Assembly (NCBI GenBank): GCA_002478275.1
Contig: DLMY01000030.1
Location: 1 to 64,000, forward strand
Source: Actinobacteria bacterium UBA7524
GTDB taxonomy: Bacteria; Actinomycetota; Coriobacteriia; Anaerosomatales; UBA912
Length of the DNA stretch: 64,000 nucleotides
Reading direction: 5' to 3'
Under the pieces are notes generated by a model. The model saw nothing but the letters and a program-made list of their open reading frames with translations. It did no database searches and had not been told where the DNA came from. The translations under genes were made by a program, and so were the position numbers. Each line of letters opens with the position of its first letter. The first letter of the stretch is position 1. Of the stretch, positions 48,986-59,040 are shown piece after piece.

Positions 48986-49603
48986 GTGGGACAGGCGGTG
49001 CGCAAGCGCACGAGCACGTCTTCCACGCGGACACCACGGCTTCGACTCGTCTCCAGTCGCGCTCGACGCCGCCCCACGCGTTCCTCGGCAGCACGTGAGG
49101 CGCAGTGCCGCGATCTCTTCGGCATCGCATGCCTGCTCATGCTGGTGATCGCCCTGTTCGGCGTGGGTCGCGTCATGCTGTCGGCCAAGGCCGTAGAGGC
49201 CAGCATGGACGCGAGCCGCCTGAGGAGCGATATCAAGTCAGAGCGCTATACCGGCAGCGTTCTTGAAGCCGACCGCAGTGCCCTGGCGACGCCCTCGCGC
49301 ATCGAGTGCATCGCCGAGGGGTCACTCAAGATGGCTCAGGCCCCTGAGATTCGTTACATCACCGTTCCGAAGGAATCGGGAGTCGCGGCTGCGTGTGTGA
49401 CGGCCGAACACGAGGATGCGGTTTCGACGCGGACCACGCCGCTGGTCCAGGGGGCTGCTACCGTCGGCACCGCGGATGGCGTACCCATGCCTCCGCGCAG
49501 AAGCGGAGTCGTCGCGGGCGTCATAGCATCGGTCATGGAGCTGGCCGCCGGTGAGGCTCATGTGCTGCTCGTCGGCGACGTCGGGCTCGCTACGACGAAG
49601 TGA
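48986..49603 (+). CDS. ftsL: FtsL-like cell division protein with C-terminal extension
   Basis: Lies between rsmH and ftsI; basic N-terminus, TM segment, coiled coil, L.TP.RIE.IA...L.M. Confidence 0.72.
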   Translation: MGQAVRKRTSTSSTRTPRLRLVSSRARRRPTRSSAAREAQCRDLFGIACLLMLVIALFGVGRVMLSAKAVEASMDASRLRSDIKSERYTGSVLEADRSALATPSRIECIAEGSLKMAQAPEIRYITVPKESGVAAACVTAEHEDAVSTRTTPLVQGAATVGTADGVPMPPRRSGVVAGVIASVMELAAGEAHVLLVGDVGLATTK

Positions 49604-49635
49604 GGCGGTACTTCGGCAACGGACATGGAGGCAGC

Positions 49636-51372
49636 GTGGGAGCAGTGCGCAAGAAACGGACGGCCGCTCGTGGCCGTTTCGTCTTCGTATGGGTGTGCAC
49701 GCTGCTCGCCCTCCTCGTCGTCGCGGGCAAGCTCATTCAACTCCAGGTAGTCGCCGCCCCGGCTTACGCCCAGCGGGCGGCCGCTCAACGCACGCGTGAC
49801 GTGACACTCCCTCCGAAACGCGGATCCATCTACGACCGGGAAGGGGAGCCTCTGGCCGTGAGCGTGGAGGCCAGGACCATCTACGCGACCCCTTACCTCG
49901 TCGAGGACCCTTCCAGTGCCGCGGAAGCCCTTGCAGGGATACTAGGTGGCGAAGCCGCCACGTACGAGGAACGCCTGTCCAAGAGATCCGGATTCGTCTA
50001 CATAGCCCGGAAGGTCGACATGGAGCGGGCGGTGGCCGTCGAGAAGCTCGATCTCGCGGGCATCGGATTCCTCGAGGACTCAAGGCGCACGTATCCTTCC
50101 GGCGAGCTCGCCTGCCAGGTACTCGGTTTCGTCGGAGTCGACGACCAGGGGCTTGCGGGTATCGAGCAGTACTACGATGAGATCCTGGCCGGAACGCCGG
50201 GAACGCTCCTCGCGGAACGGGATCCGTTCGGGCGCCTCATCCCCGGCGGTGTCATGCATGCCGAGGAGCCAGTGGACGGGCAGAACATCGTTCTGACCAT
50301 AGACAAGGATATCCAGTACCAGACTCAGATCGCCTTGAACGAAGCGGTCGAGAAGTGGAATGCGGCCAGCGGTACGGTCGTGATCATGGATCCTCGTAAC
50401 GGAGACATCCTCGCCATGGCTTCGTATCCCGGGTTCAATCCGAACAAGTACCGCGAGGCCACACCGGACGCGATACGGAATCGGGCTGTCACGGACACCT
50501 ACGAGCCGGGTTCGACCGTCAAGTCGCTGACCGCTGCGGCGGTCATCGACAAGGGGCTGGCCACGCCGGACACGATGTACGACTTGCCTTCGACGATCAA
50601 GGTGGGAGGCAGGACGATAGGCGAGGCACATCCGCGGCCAAGAGCCAACTGGTCTCTCACTGAGATCGTAACCAAGTCGAGCAACGTGGGGGCCGTCAAA
50701 CTGGGCATGGAGCTGGGGCCTGAGGGGCTCTATGAGTACTTCGACCGGTTCGGGTTGACGGAGAAGACAGGCGTCGATTTCCCCGGAGAGGTCAAGGGTT
50801 GGCTGCCGCCCACCGGGCAGTGGTCAGCCTCGACCATCGGTACGGTACCGTTCGGCCAGGGCGTCTCCATGACGACCTTGCAGTTGGCCAGGGCCCTTTC
50901 GGCCATCGCGAACGAGGGTGCGTTGCCGACGCCGCACTTCCTGCAGGCGCTGCCAGACGACCAGCTCACCCGTCTCGTGTGGCCCACGAAGAACGTGCTG
51001 TCTCCGGAGACGTCAAGGGTGATGCAGGAGGTGATGGGTGCCGTCATCACTGAAGGCACAGGTGGTTCCGCTGCCGTTCCCGGATATACCGTCGCCGGAA
51101 AGACGGGTACGGCACAGAAGGCGAGAACCGACGGTCGTGGTTACGCAGCCGGAAAGTACGTCGCGTCGTTCAGTGGATTCTTGCCGGCAGAGGACCCGCA
51201 GGTCCTGATCATCGTGAACATCGACGAGCCGCGAAACGCCATATACGGCGGCGTCGTTGCCGCACCGGTCTTCAGCCGCCTGGCGGAGTTCGCGGTCTCG
51301 CACCTCAAGATACCGCCCACCACGGTGCTCGGTTCTGACGACAGTACGGTAACACCTGTACCGGCACCCTGA
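49636..51372 (+). CDS. ftsI: Class B penicillin-binding protein FtsI
   Basis: RGSIYDR, R.YP.G, EPGSTVK (SxxK), SSN, KTGTAQ; exact start uncertain. Confidence 0.93.
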   Translation: MGAVRKKRTAARGRFVFVWVCTLLALLVVAGKLIQLQVVAAPAYAQRAAAQRTRDVTLPPKRGSIYDREGEPLAVSVEARTIYATPYLVEDPSSAAEALAGILGGEAATYEERLSKRSGFVYIARKVDMERAVAVEKLDLAGIGFLEDSRRTYPSGELACQVLGFVGVDDQGLAGIEQYYDEILAGTPGTLLAERDPFGRLIPGGVMHAEEPVDGQNIVLTIDKDIQYQTQIALNEAVEKWNAASGTVVIMDPRNGDILAMASYPGFNPNKYREATPDAIRNRAVTDTYEPGSTVKSLTAAAVIDKGLATPDTMYDLPSTIKVGGRTIGEAHPRPRANWSLTEIVTKSSNVGAVKLGMELGPEGLYEYFDRFGLTEKTGVDFPGEVKGWLPPTGQWSASTIGTVPFGQGVSMTTLQLARALSAIANEGALPTPHFLQALPDDQLTRLVWPTKNVLSPETSRVMQEVMGAVITEGTGGSAAVPGYTVAGKTGTAQKARTDGRGYAAGKYVASFSGFLPAEDPQVLIIVNIDEPRNAIYGGVVAAPVFSRLAEFAVSHLKIPPTTVLGSDDSTVTPVPAP

Positions 51373-51413
51373 TGAACGCACGGTACGCGTGCTAGCATAA
51401 GCAGTTCGACCGG

Positions 51414-52880
51414 ATGAGAGTGGCAGTGCAGCAGACACAGGACATTCTGGGACTCATAGGTGAAGACGAGGTCATAGAGGGCCGCCCGGCCCCCGTGAGC
51501 TCTATCGAGTACCGCTCCGGCGAGATCGTTCCCGGAAGCGCGTTCTTCTGCATCCCGGGGCTCAAGCACGACGGGCACGACTTCGTCGAAGCTGCTGTGG
51601 CCGCCGGCGCGAAGGTGCTCGTGGTCGAACGTCCTGTGTCGGGGTACCCGGGCGTCACTCAGGTTCTCGTACGTGATACTCGTCGTGCTCTCGCTCTCGC
51701 TGCTTCTGCCTTCTACGGTCACCCTTCGGCAGAGATGAACGTCATCGGTGTCACGGGAACGAACGGCAAGACCACCACGACGTATCTCGTGGACAGCATC
51801 ATGAGGTACGCAGCGCACACGACCGGCCTGATCGGTACGGTCGAGACCCGCATGCATGGTGAGAGCACGGGTTCTGAACGGACGACTCCGGAATCGGCCG
51901 ACCTGCAGCGGCTGTTCGCCACGATGAGAGACGCAGGCGTCGATACGGTCTCGATGGAGGTCTCCTCTCACGCTATCGATCTCAAGAGGGTCGACGGTGT
52001 GCGTTTCGGTGTCGCCGCCTTCACCAATCTCACCCAGGACCACCTCGACTACCATCACACCGTCGAGGAGTACGCCTCTGTCAAGAAGCGTCTGTTCCAC
52101 GAGTTCGACGTGGGTCATCGTGTCGTCAACATCGACGATCCTGTGGGCGAGCAGCTTGCGGCCGAACTGCCTGAGGTGTTGACGGTCGGAATGAACGACC
52201 GAGCGCACGTCAGTGCCACTGATATCAAGTTGTCGACCGAAGGCGCCCGTTTCACGCTCCTGACGCCCGATGGTTCGGCCGCCGTGGTGTTGCCCCTCTC
52301 CGGGGCTTTCAACGTGAGCAACGCGCTCGTCGCCGCAGGCTGCGCTGTAGCCTGCGGCATCTCGATCGGCGACATCGCGATCGGGCTTGCGAGCGCGCCT
52401 CAGGTTCCCGGGCGACTCGAGCGTATCGACGAGGGTCAGCCGTTCGCGGTGTATGTGGATTACGCGCATACCCCGGACAGTCTCGACAAGGCGATTCGCG
52501 CGGTACGCCATGTGACTTCACGCAGGGTGCTCGTGGTGTTCGGATGTGGGGGCGATCGCGACCCGGAGAAGCGGCCACTCATGGGTGCCGCCGCCTCCCA
52601 GGGAGCCGACCACATCATCGTGACGAGTGACAATCCCCGCTCCGAGGATCCGGTGGGCATCATGCTGCAGATCGAGGATGGCCTGCGACACGGCCCAGCA
52701 TCATACGAGATGGTGGTTGACCGGCGGCAGGCGATCGCCTCGGCGTTCGCCCAGGCCGAGGAGGGCGATACAGTGCTGGTGGCCGGCAAAGGCCATGAGG
52801 ACTATCAGATCTTCGCTGACCGGACGATCCATTTCGATGACCGTGAGGTTGCACGAGAGGAGTTGGGGAGCCTGTGCTGA
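51414..52880 (+). CDS. murE: UDP-MurNAc-dipeptide:meso-DAP ligase
   Basis: GVTGTNGKTT, MEVSSH, DYAHTPD, DNPR (mDAP specificity motif), GKGHE. Confidence 0.96.
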   Translation: MRVAVQQTQDILGLIGEDEVIEGRPAPVSSIEYRSGEIVPGSAFFCIPGLKHDGHDFVEAAVAAGAKVLVVERPVSGYPGVTQVLVRDTRRALALAASAFYGHPSAEMNVIGVTGTNGKTTTTYLVDSIMRYAAHTTGLIGTVETRMHGESTGSERTTPESADLQRLFATMRDAGVDTVSMEVSSHAIDLKRVDGVRFGVAAFTNLTQDHLDYHHTVEEYASVKKRLFHEFDVGHRVVNIDDPVGEQLAAELPEVLTVGMNDRAHVSATDIKLSTEGARFTLLTPDGSAAVVLPLSGAFNVSNALVAAGCAVACGISIGDIAIGLASAPQVPGRLERIDEGQPFAVYVDYAHTPDSLDKAIRAVRHVTSRRVLVVFGCGGDRDPEKRPLMGAAASQGADHIIVTSDNPRSEDPVGIMLQIEDGLRHGPASYEMVVDRRQAIASAFAQAEEGDTVLVAGKGHEDYQIFADRTIHFDDREVAREELGSLC

Positions 52881-54286
52881 CGATGGCGATAGAGACGCTC
52901 GTCGCCATCACCGGCGCCGAGCTCGTACATGGCGATCCGGGCGCGATGGTCAACGGGCTTGCGATCGACTCGCGACGTATCGAGCCGGGCAACGCTTTCG
53001 TTGCGTTCGTGGGCGAACACTCCGACGCGCACGAGTTCCTGGAAGATGCCATCTCGTTCGGCGCCAGGGCTCTCGTCGTGAGCCATCCGGTCGAACGGCT
53101 CCCCGCCGCGCTTGAGCAGGCGCGATTGCGCGAGGTGGCCGTCATCCGTGTCCCGGACCCACTCAGGGCCATCCAGCAACTCGCAACGTACCATCGCTCC
53201 CGGCTCTTCTGTCCGGTCATCGGGATCACAGGCTCGACCGGGAAGACGACGACGAAGGACTTCATAACCTCTGTTCTGTCGCAGAGTGCCCGCGTCGTCG
53301 CCACCGAAGGCAATCACAACAACGAACTCGGGGTACCACTGACCGTTCTCGAAGCCGGCGCGGACACAGATGTGCTGGTAGTCGAGATGGGTATGCGCGG
53401 CGAGGGTCAGATAGCTGAGCTCGCCGAGATATGTCGACCAACAGCTGGGCTGGTCACCAACATCGGAGTGGGCCACATCGAACTTCTGGGTTCGCAGGAG
53501 GCGATCGCGCGTGCGAAAGGTGAACTTGTCCGGGCGATAGATGAGAACGGAACGGTATTCTTGAACGGCGACGATGCCTTCAGCGACATCCTTGCTCAAG
53601 ACGCGGTGGCAACCGTCGTGAGATACGGGCTCGGTGAGGACTGTGAGATACGCGCCGAGGAGATCGAACTCGATGACCAGAGCTGTGCGGAGTTCGTTCT
53701 CGTGACACCGGAGAACCGTCAACAGGTCACGCTGAAGGTGCCCGGCCGTCACAATGTGTACAACGCGCTTGCAGCCGCAGCGGTGGGGCTGCGTCTCGGC
53801 ATGGATGTCGAGCTGGTTACCCGGGGTCTGGCGGCAGCGCGTACCGGAGACATGCGCATGCAGTCCTTCGTCACCGCAAGCGGGATACACGCTATCAATG
53901 ATGCTTACAACGCGAATCCGACGTCTATGCGTGCCGCCATCGAGATGTTGGCGGGGCTTTCCTCGGCGGATCGTCGTATCGCCGTGTTGGGGGACATGGC
54001 GGAACTGGGGTCCCTCGCGGAGCTTGCCCATTTCCGGATCGGCGAAGCGGTCGCCCGGTTGGACATCCAGCACCTCGTGACGATAGGTGAGAGGGCCAAA
54101 CGGATTGCTGATGGGGCCCGTGCAGAGGGGATGGATGACGAACGCATTCGCCCGTGTGCGACGGCGGAAGAAGCGAGTGAAGTACTCGACGACTTGCTCG
54201 AACCCGGCGATGCGGTCCTCGTGAAGGCATCGAGGGTGATGGGCTTGGAGTCTGTGGTGGAAGGGATAGTGACGCCGCGTGTTTAG
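52874..54286 (+). CDS. murF: UDP-MurNAc-tripeptide:D-Ala-D-Ala ligase
   Basis: TGSTGKTTTK, NNELGVP, EMGM, DAYNANP, GDMAELG, KASR. Confidence 0.96.
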   Translation: MLTMAIETLVAITGAELVHGDPGAMVNGLAIDSRRIEPGNAFVAFVGEHSDAHEFLEDAISFGARALVVSHPVERLPAALEQARLREVAVIRVPDPLRAIQQLATYHRSRLFCPVIGITGSTGKTTTKDFITSVLSQSARVVATEGNHNNELGVPLTVLEAGADTDVLVVEMGMRGEGQIAELAEICRPTAGLVTNIGVGHIELLGSQEAIARAKGELVRAIDENGTVFLNGDDAFSDILAQDAVATVVRYGLGEDCEIRAEEIELDDQSCAEFVLVTPENRQQVTLKVPGRHNVYNALAAAAVGLRLGMDVELVTRGLAAARTGDMRMQSFVTASGIHAINDAYNANPTSMRAAIEMLAGLSSADRRIAVLGDMAELGSLAELAHFRIGEAVARLDIQHLVTIGERAKRIADGARAEGMDDERIRPCATAEEASEVLDDLLEPGDAVLVKASRVMGLESVVEGIVTPRV

Positions 54287-55322
54287 CCTTGCTCAGTACC
54301 CGTCATACCTGGTGTTCCTGGGCGTGGTGCTCGCTCTGGTCGGATGTGGGGTGTTGTTCCCGTTCTGGATCAGGATTCTGAGGTTCCGCAATATCGGTCA
54401 GCAGGTCAGAGCTGATGGGCCGCAAGGGCATCTGGTCAAGCAGGGTACTCCGACCATGGGCGGAGTCCTCATCCTGATCATCGTGTTCGCCGTGTACGTA
54501 CTCATGGGCGATTTCGGCAGGTCGTCGCTTCTCGCCTTGGGGGCGATGGCTGCCTGCGGGTTGTTAGGTCTGATCGATGACTGGTCCAAAGTCGCTCACG
54601 AGCGGTCACTCGGGCTCACTCCAAGGGCGAAGATAGTCGGTCAGGCGCTTGTCGCTTTGGGGTTCGGGCTGCTTGCGGTGAACTGGGCGGGCGTTTCTCC
54701 CTACGTCACTTTGCCGTTCGTTCGGGGAGCACTGGACCTGGGCGCCTACTCGACGGTGCTGTCGGTGGGAGGGATGGCGATCGCCGTCCCGTGGCTGTAC
54801 CTCGCTTTGGCGTTCATCATGATGATCAGCTTCAGCAACACCGTGAACCTGACTGATGGCCTCGATGGTCTGGCCGCCGGCACGGTCACCATTGTGATGC
54901 TGGCCTATGCGGGCATAGCCTTTCGCCAGAACCGGCTTGATATCGCGCTCTTGGCGGCAAGTATCGCAGGCGCCTGTATCGGCTTCATCTGGTACAACAG
55001 CTACCCGGCCGACATCTTCATGGGAGATACGGGCTCACTCGGCCTGGGTGCGGGTATCGCGGCCCTTGCGATCATAACCAAGACGGAGCTTCTGGCCGTA
55101 CTCATTGGTGGCATATACGTGGTCGAAGGACTTTCCGTCATCTTGCAGGTCGCCTCGTACAAACTCACGGGGAAGCGGATCTTCAAGATGGCGCCCATCC
55201 ATCATCATTTCGAGATGATCGGATGGTCGGAGACCAAGGTCATGATCCGCTTCTGGATCGTCACCGGCATCATGGCAGGGACCGGGTTCGCGCTGTTCTT
55301 CGTGAGTTCGGTCAGGAGGTAG
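54279..55322 (+). CDS. mraY: Phospho-MurNAc-pentapeptide transferase
   Basis: GTPTMGG, DD, NTVNLTDGLDGL, FMGDTGS, MAPIHHHFE. Confidence 0.97.
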   Translation: MFSLAQYPSYLVFLGVVLALVGCGVLFPFWIRILRFRNIGQQVRADGPQGHLVKQGTPTMGGVLILIIVFAVYVLMGDFGRSSLLALGAMAACGLLGLIDDWSKVAHERSLGLTPRAKIVGQALVALGFGLLAVNWAGVSPYVTLPFVRGALDLGAYSTVLSVGGMAIAVPWLYLALAFIMMISFSNTVNLTDGLDGLAAGTVTIVMLAYAGIAFRQNRLDIALLAASIAGACIGFIWYNSYPADIFMGDTGSLGLGAGIAALAIITKTELLAVLIGGIYVVEGLSVILQVASYKLTGKRIFKMAPIHHHFEMIGWSETKVMIRFWIVTGIMAGTGFALFFVSSVRR

Positions 55323-55323
55323 C

Positions 55324-56694
55324 GTGTATCCGCTCTCTGGCAGCATTGCCGTGCTGGGACTCGGCAGGTCGGGTCGGGCGACCGCACACTACCTTGCCGA
55401 TCGCATCGCGGCTGGTGACCCGATCGAGGTCACCGCATACGATTCGGCGGATTCTGAGGAACTGCGCCTGTACTCGCCAGCGCTTGAGGAGGCTGGAATC
55501 CGTGTGGTCTTGGGCGCCTCTGCCGTGGAAGGAGCCGTCGATCTCGCGATAGCCAGTCCCGGAATCCCTCCGGCGAGCCCCCTGCGACGATCGGCGCAAG
55601 ACGTCGCAGAGGAGTTGATCGGAGAGATCGAGTTCGCGTTCAGGCGTTCGCGTTCCCCATGGCTTGCAGTCACCGGAACCAATGGTAAGACGACCGTGAC
55701 AAGCTTGGTCGCGCACCTCATGAGTGAGGCGGGGATACCGAACGTCTGTGTCGGCAACATCGGGGACCCGGCCATAGAGGCTGTCGACGGCGCCGGCCCT
55801 TCGACAGCCATAGTGGCGGAGGTCTCCTCCTTCCAGTTGGCGTTGTCGAAGGACTTCCACCCACGTGTATCGGTACTTCTGAACATCACGCCCGACCACA
55901 TCGATTGGCATGGCTCTCTCGATGCGTACGCTGCGGACAAGGGAAGAGTGTTCGAGAGACAGGACGCTGACGATACGGCGATCATCGATATCGACGATCC
56001 GGGGTCCGCGCCATACGCCGCTCAAGTCGCCGGCCGCGGCGTACGGGTGGTCCCTGTGTCGCTGGAACGGATGCCTGAGGGGGGCGCGGCGCTTGTCGCC
56101 GGCGAGCTCAGGCTCGACACCCCTTCTGGGCAGATCACGTTACTGTCTACGGAGGAACTTCGAATTCGGGGCGCACACAACGTGAGTAACGCCCTCGCGG
56201 CCGCGGCTGCGGTGTATGCGTGGGGAGTCCCGCCCGAGGACATAGCTGCCGGTCTCAAGACTTTCGCTCCGATAGAGCATCGTCTGCAGACGGTCGGTTT
56301 CGTCGACGGCGTCGAGTACGTCGATGACTCCAAGGCGACCAATCCCGCCGCAGCCATCAAGGCGTTGAGTGCATTCGAGGAGCGAGGGATCGTACTGCTG
56401 GCGGGAGGGCGTAACAAGGGCTCGACGTTCGAGTCGCTCGCTGACGCGGCCCGGGTCTGCAGGAGTGTCGTAGTGTTCGGCGAGGCGGGGCCGGAGATCG
56501 CTGAGAGCATGAATCAGGCAGGAGTCCCGGTGGTGGCCGAGGGCGACATGCATTCAGCCATTGTCGCCGCACGGAAGATAGCGACCGAGGGAGATGTCGT
56601 GCTGCTCTCGCCTGCGTGCGCGTCCTTCGATGAGTTCTCAGGTTACGCTGAGCGCGGCCGGGCCTTCGCACATGCCGTCGCGGGCATGAGATGA
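55324..56694 (+). CDS. murD: UDP-MurNAc-L-Ala:D-Glu ligase
   Basis: SPGIP, TGTNGKTT, EVSSFQL, DSKATN, LSPACASFD. Confidence 0.96.
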   Translation: MYPLSGSIAVLGLGRSGRATAHYLADRIAAGDPIEVTAYDSADSEELRLYSPALEEAGIRVVLGASAVEGAVDLAIASPGIPPASPLRRSAQDVAEELIGEIEFAFRRSRSPWLAVTGTNGKTTVTSLVAHLMSEAGIPNVCVGNIGDPAIEAVDGAGPSTAIVAEVSSFQLALSKDFHPRVSVLLNITPDHIDWHGSLDAYAADKGRVFERQDADDTAIIDIDDPGSAPYAAQVAGRGVRVVPVSLERMPEGGAALVAGELRLDTPSGQITLLSTEELRIRGAHNVSNALAAAAAVYAWGVPPEDIAAGLKTFAPIEHRLQTVGFVDGVEYVDDSKATNPAAAIKALSAFEERGIVLLAGGRNKGSTFESLADAARVCRSVVVFGEAGPEIAESMNQAGVPVVAEGDMHSAIVAARKIATEGDVVLLSPACASFDEFSGYAERGRAFAHAVAGMR

Positions 56695-56725
56695 GGAGCA
56701 GGGGCATGAACAGGGGATCGCTCAG

Positions 56726-57967
56726 GTGAGCGGACACCAACGATACGCGGGAGGGGCCGCCGCACGTTATCTCGTCATGGGTTCCGCGGTCTTCCTCGTG
56801 CTGATGGGTCTTGTGATGGTGTACTCGGCGGCGTCAGTGTCCGACTACGTGAATTTCGGCGACAGCATGCACCACATGAAACGCCAACTCCTGTTCGCTG
56901 CCATCGGTCTTGTGGTGCTGTTCGTTGCCCGTGCCGTTGATTTCCGGTCGCTGAAGTCCCTTGCATGGCCGTTCTTCGCGCTGTGCGTCGCCGGGCTTGT
57001 GACAGTGGCGTTGATGGGAGTCGGGAAGTGGGGCGCCACCCGCTGGATCGATTTCGGACTGTTCACTGTGCAGCCGTCTGAGTACGCGAAGCTGGCGTGT
57101 GTTCTGGTGGCTGCGCTTCTCCTCACGCAGTACTCCCAACGCCGGATCACCTCGAAGGACCTGTGGGGACGTCTCTTCGTGGCCTGCGGGATCGTGGTCG
57201 CTCTCGTGATGATGCAGCCTGACATGGGCACGACGATGGCGATACTGATCACCGTCTATCTCGTGCTGCTTCTTGGTGGTGTCGACGCTCGCATCCTTGG
57301 ATCCGTGTTCGGCGCTGGGGTTGCTGGAGCGTTGGTGCTGATCTTCGCGGCATCCTACCGCGCGGAGCGCCTCATGGCCTTTCTCGACCCGTGGTCCGAT
57401 TCCCAGGGGGCTGGCTACCAGACCATCCAGGCGATGCTCGCATTTGGCTCGGGGGGCATAGATGGTGTGGGCCTTGGCATGTCTCGACAGAAGTTCTTCT
57501 ATCTGCCGGCAGCGCATACGGACTTCATCTTCGCCATCATCGGCGAAGAGCTCGGATTGATCGGCACACTCTCTATCGTTGTGGCTTTCGCTCTGTTCGC
57601 GTACGGCGGCTTCCGGATCGCGATCAAGACCAAGGACCACTTCGGAAGGCTCGTGGCGGGCGGACTGACCGGGATGATCGTGATCCAGGCGTTGATGAAC
57701 ATGGCGGCCGTGACGAACCTCATGCCGGTGACCGGCATCACGATGCCCCTGGTAAGCTATGGGGGATCTTCGATGGTCTTCACTCTGATGTGTACAGGCA
57801 TCATCATGTCTGTGTCCTCGCACGGCGCGCACTCGGCACCTGTCAGGCGGGGACCGTCTCTCGATAAGGAGAATGGGCGTGCGGATCGTCATGAGCGGCG
57901 GCGGAACGGCCGGCCACATCTATCCAGCATTGACGGTGGCAGAAGCGCTCACAAGCGCAGGGCATGA
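56726..57967 (+). CDS. ftsW: SEDS peptidoglycan polymerase FtsW
   Basis: GATRW, QPSE, QPDMG, GYQ, HTDFIF, EELG, SYGGSS. Confidence 0.96.
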   Translation: MSGHQRYAGGAAARYLVMGSAVFLVLMGLVMVYSAASVSDYVNFGDSMHHMKRQLLFAAIGLVVLFVARAVDFRSLKSLAWPFFALCVAGLVTVALMGVGKWGATRWIDFGLFTVQPSEYAKLACVLVAALLLTQYSQRRITSKDLWGRLFVACGIVVALVMMQPDMGTTMAILITVYLVLLLGGVDARILGSVFGAGVAGALVLIFAASYRAERLMAFLDPWSDSQGAGYQTIQAMLAFGSGGIDGVGLGMSRQKFFYLPAAHTDFIFAIIGEELGLIGTLSIVVAFALFAYGGFRIAIKTKDHFGRLVAGGLTGMIVIQALMNMAAVTNLMPVTGITMPLVSYGGSSMVFTLMCTGIIMSVSSHGAHSAPVRRGPSLDKENGRADRHERRRNGRPHLSSIDGGRSAHKRRA

Positions 57968-59018
57968 CGACGTCATATACGTAGGCACATCGTCCGGCCC
58001 GGAAGCCCGTCTCGCCCGTGAGGCGGGCGTCGTCTTCCACTCGCTTCCCGCGCGTGGGTTCGATCGGTCCAGGCCACTGTCGTTGCTCCTGGCGATCTTG
58101 GTGCTGACCGTGTCGACGATCCGGGCTCTGTTCACGTTCTTGTCCCACAGGCCCGATGTCGTCGTGGGGTTCGGCGGATATGTGTCGATACCTGTCGGAT
58201 TAGCTGCGGTAGTGGCTCGCATCCCACTCGTCCTCCACGAGCAGAACTCGATTCCGGGTCTCGCGAACCGCATCCTCGCGCGTCACGCTCGCGCTGTTGC
58301 TGTGACATATCCGTCGTCTGTGCCTTACCTGCGGCAGGCGCGAAGAGTGGTGGAGACGGGCAACCCGGTGCGATCCCAGATCCTGAGGGCCGATCGTGAG
58401 CGGGGGAGGAGGCGGTTCGAACTTCCCGGTGATGCCGTGATGCTGCTCGTGTTCGGAGGTTCTCGTGGCGCCAGGCACATCAATCAGGCGTTGGCACGAG
58501 TGCTGACCGAGCTCCTCGGGCATTCGGACGTTCACATCGTGCACGTCACCGGACGAAGCGAGTATGAAGATGTTCTGGATCTCACCCGCGAAGCTGTCGC
58601 GACAGGGCGCTATCATGTCGTCGAGTACATCGACGACATGGGGTCCGCGCTTGCGGCCGCAGACGTCGTGCTGGCGCGCGCGGGAGCCACGTCAATTGCC
58701 GAGATCACCGCTCTCGGCAGGCCCGCCGTACTGGTACCCTATCCGTATGCGACCGATGACCATCAGACGTCTAATGCACGCGCGGTGGCAGACGCAGGCG
58801 GAGCGGTGTTGCTGGCCGATGAGCGGCTCGATTCGGATGACCTCACGGATGTTCTGACACGGCTGCTGACCGACGAGGCGGAACGGATCACGATGGCTAT
58901 GAATGCGGCGAAGATGGGACATCCGGAGGCAGCAGAGAACGTCGCCCAGCTCGTCGTGGATGTCGCAGATGGACCCGTGCACGGGACCCGGAAGGAACCA
59001 GAGGGCACAATTGAGTAG
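57873..59018 (+). CDS. murG: Lipid II GlcNAc transferase
   Basis: GGGTAGHIYP, GFGGY, HEQN, GGSRGA, RAGA, HQTSNA. Confidence 0.96.
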   Translation: MGVRIVMSGGGTAGHIYPALTVAEALTSAGHDDVIYVGTSSGPEARLAREAGVVFHSLPARGFDRSRPLSLLLAILVLTVSTIRALFTFLSHRPDVVVGFGGYVSIPVGLAAVVARIPLVLHEQNSIPGLANRILARHARAVAVTYPSSVPYLRQARRVVETGNPVRSQILRADRERGRRRFELPGDAVMLLVFGGSRGARHINQALARVLTELLGHSDVHIVHVTGRSEYEDVLDLTREAVATGRYHVVEYIDDMGSALAAADVVLARAGATSIAEITALGRPAVLVPYPYATDDHQTSNARAVADAGGAVLLADERLDSDDLTDVLTRLLTDEAERITMAMNAAKMGHPEAAENVAQLVVDVADGPVHGTRKEPEGTIE

Positions 59019-59040
59019 CTCAAGAGACCTGCAAGAGGCA

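Noticed and set aside
57873..57967. 95-bp ftsW/murG overlap as a special feature
   Set aside because: Likely a non-conserved C-terminal run-on of ftsW; such overlaps are common in dcw operons.
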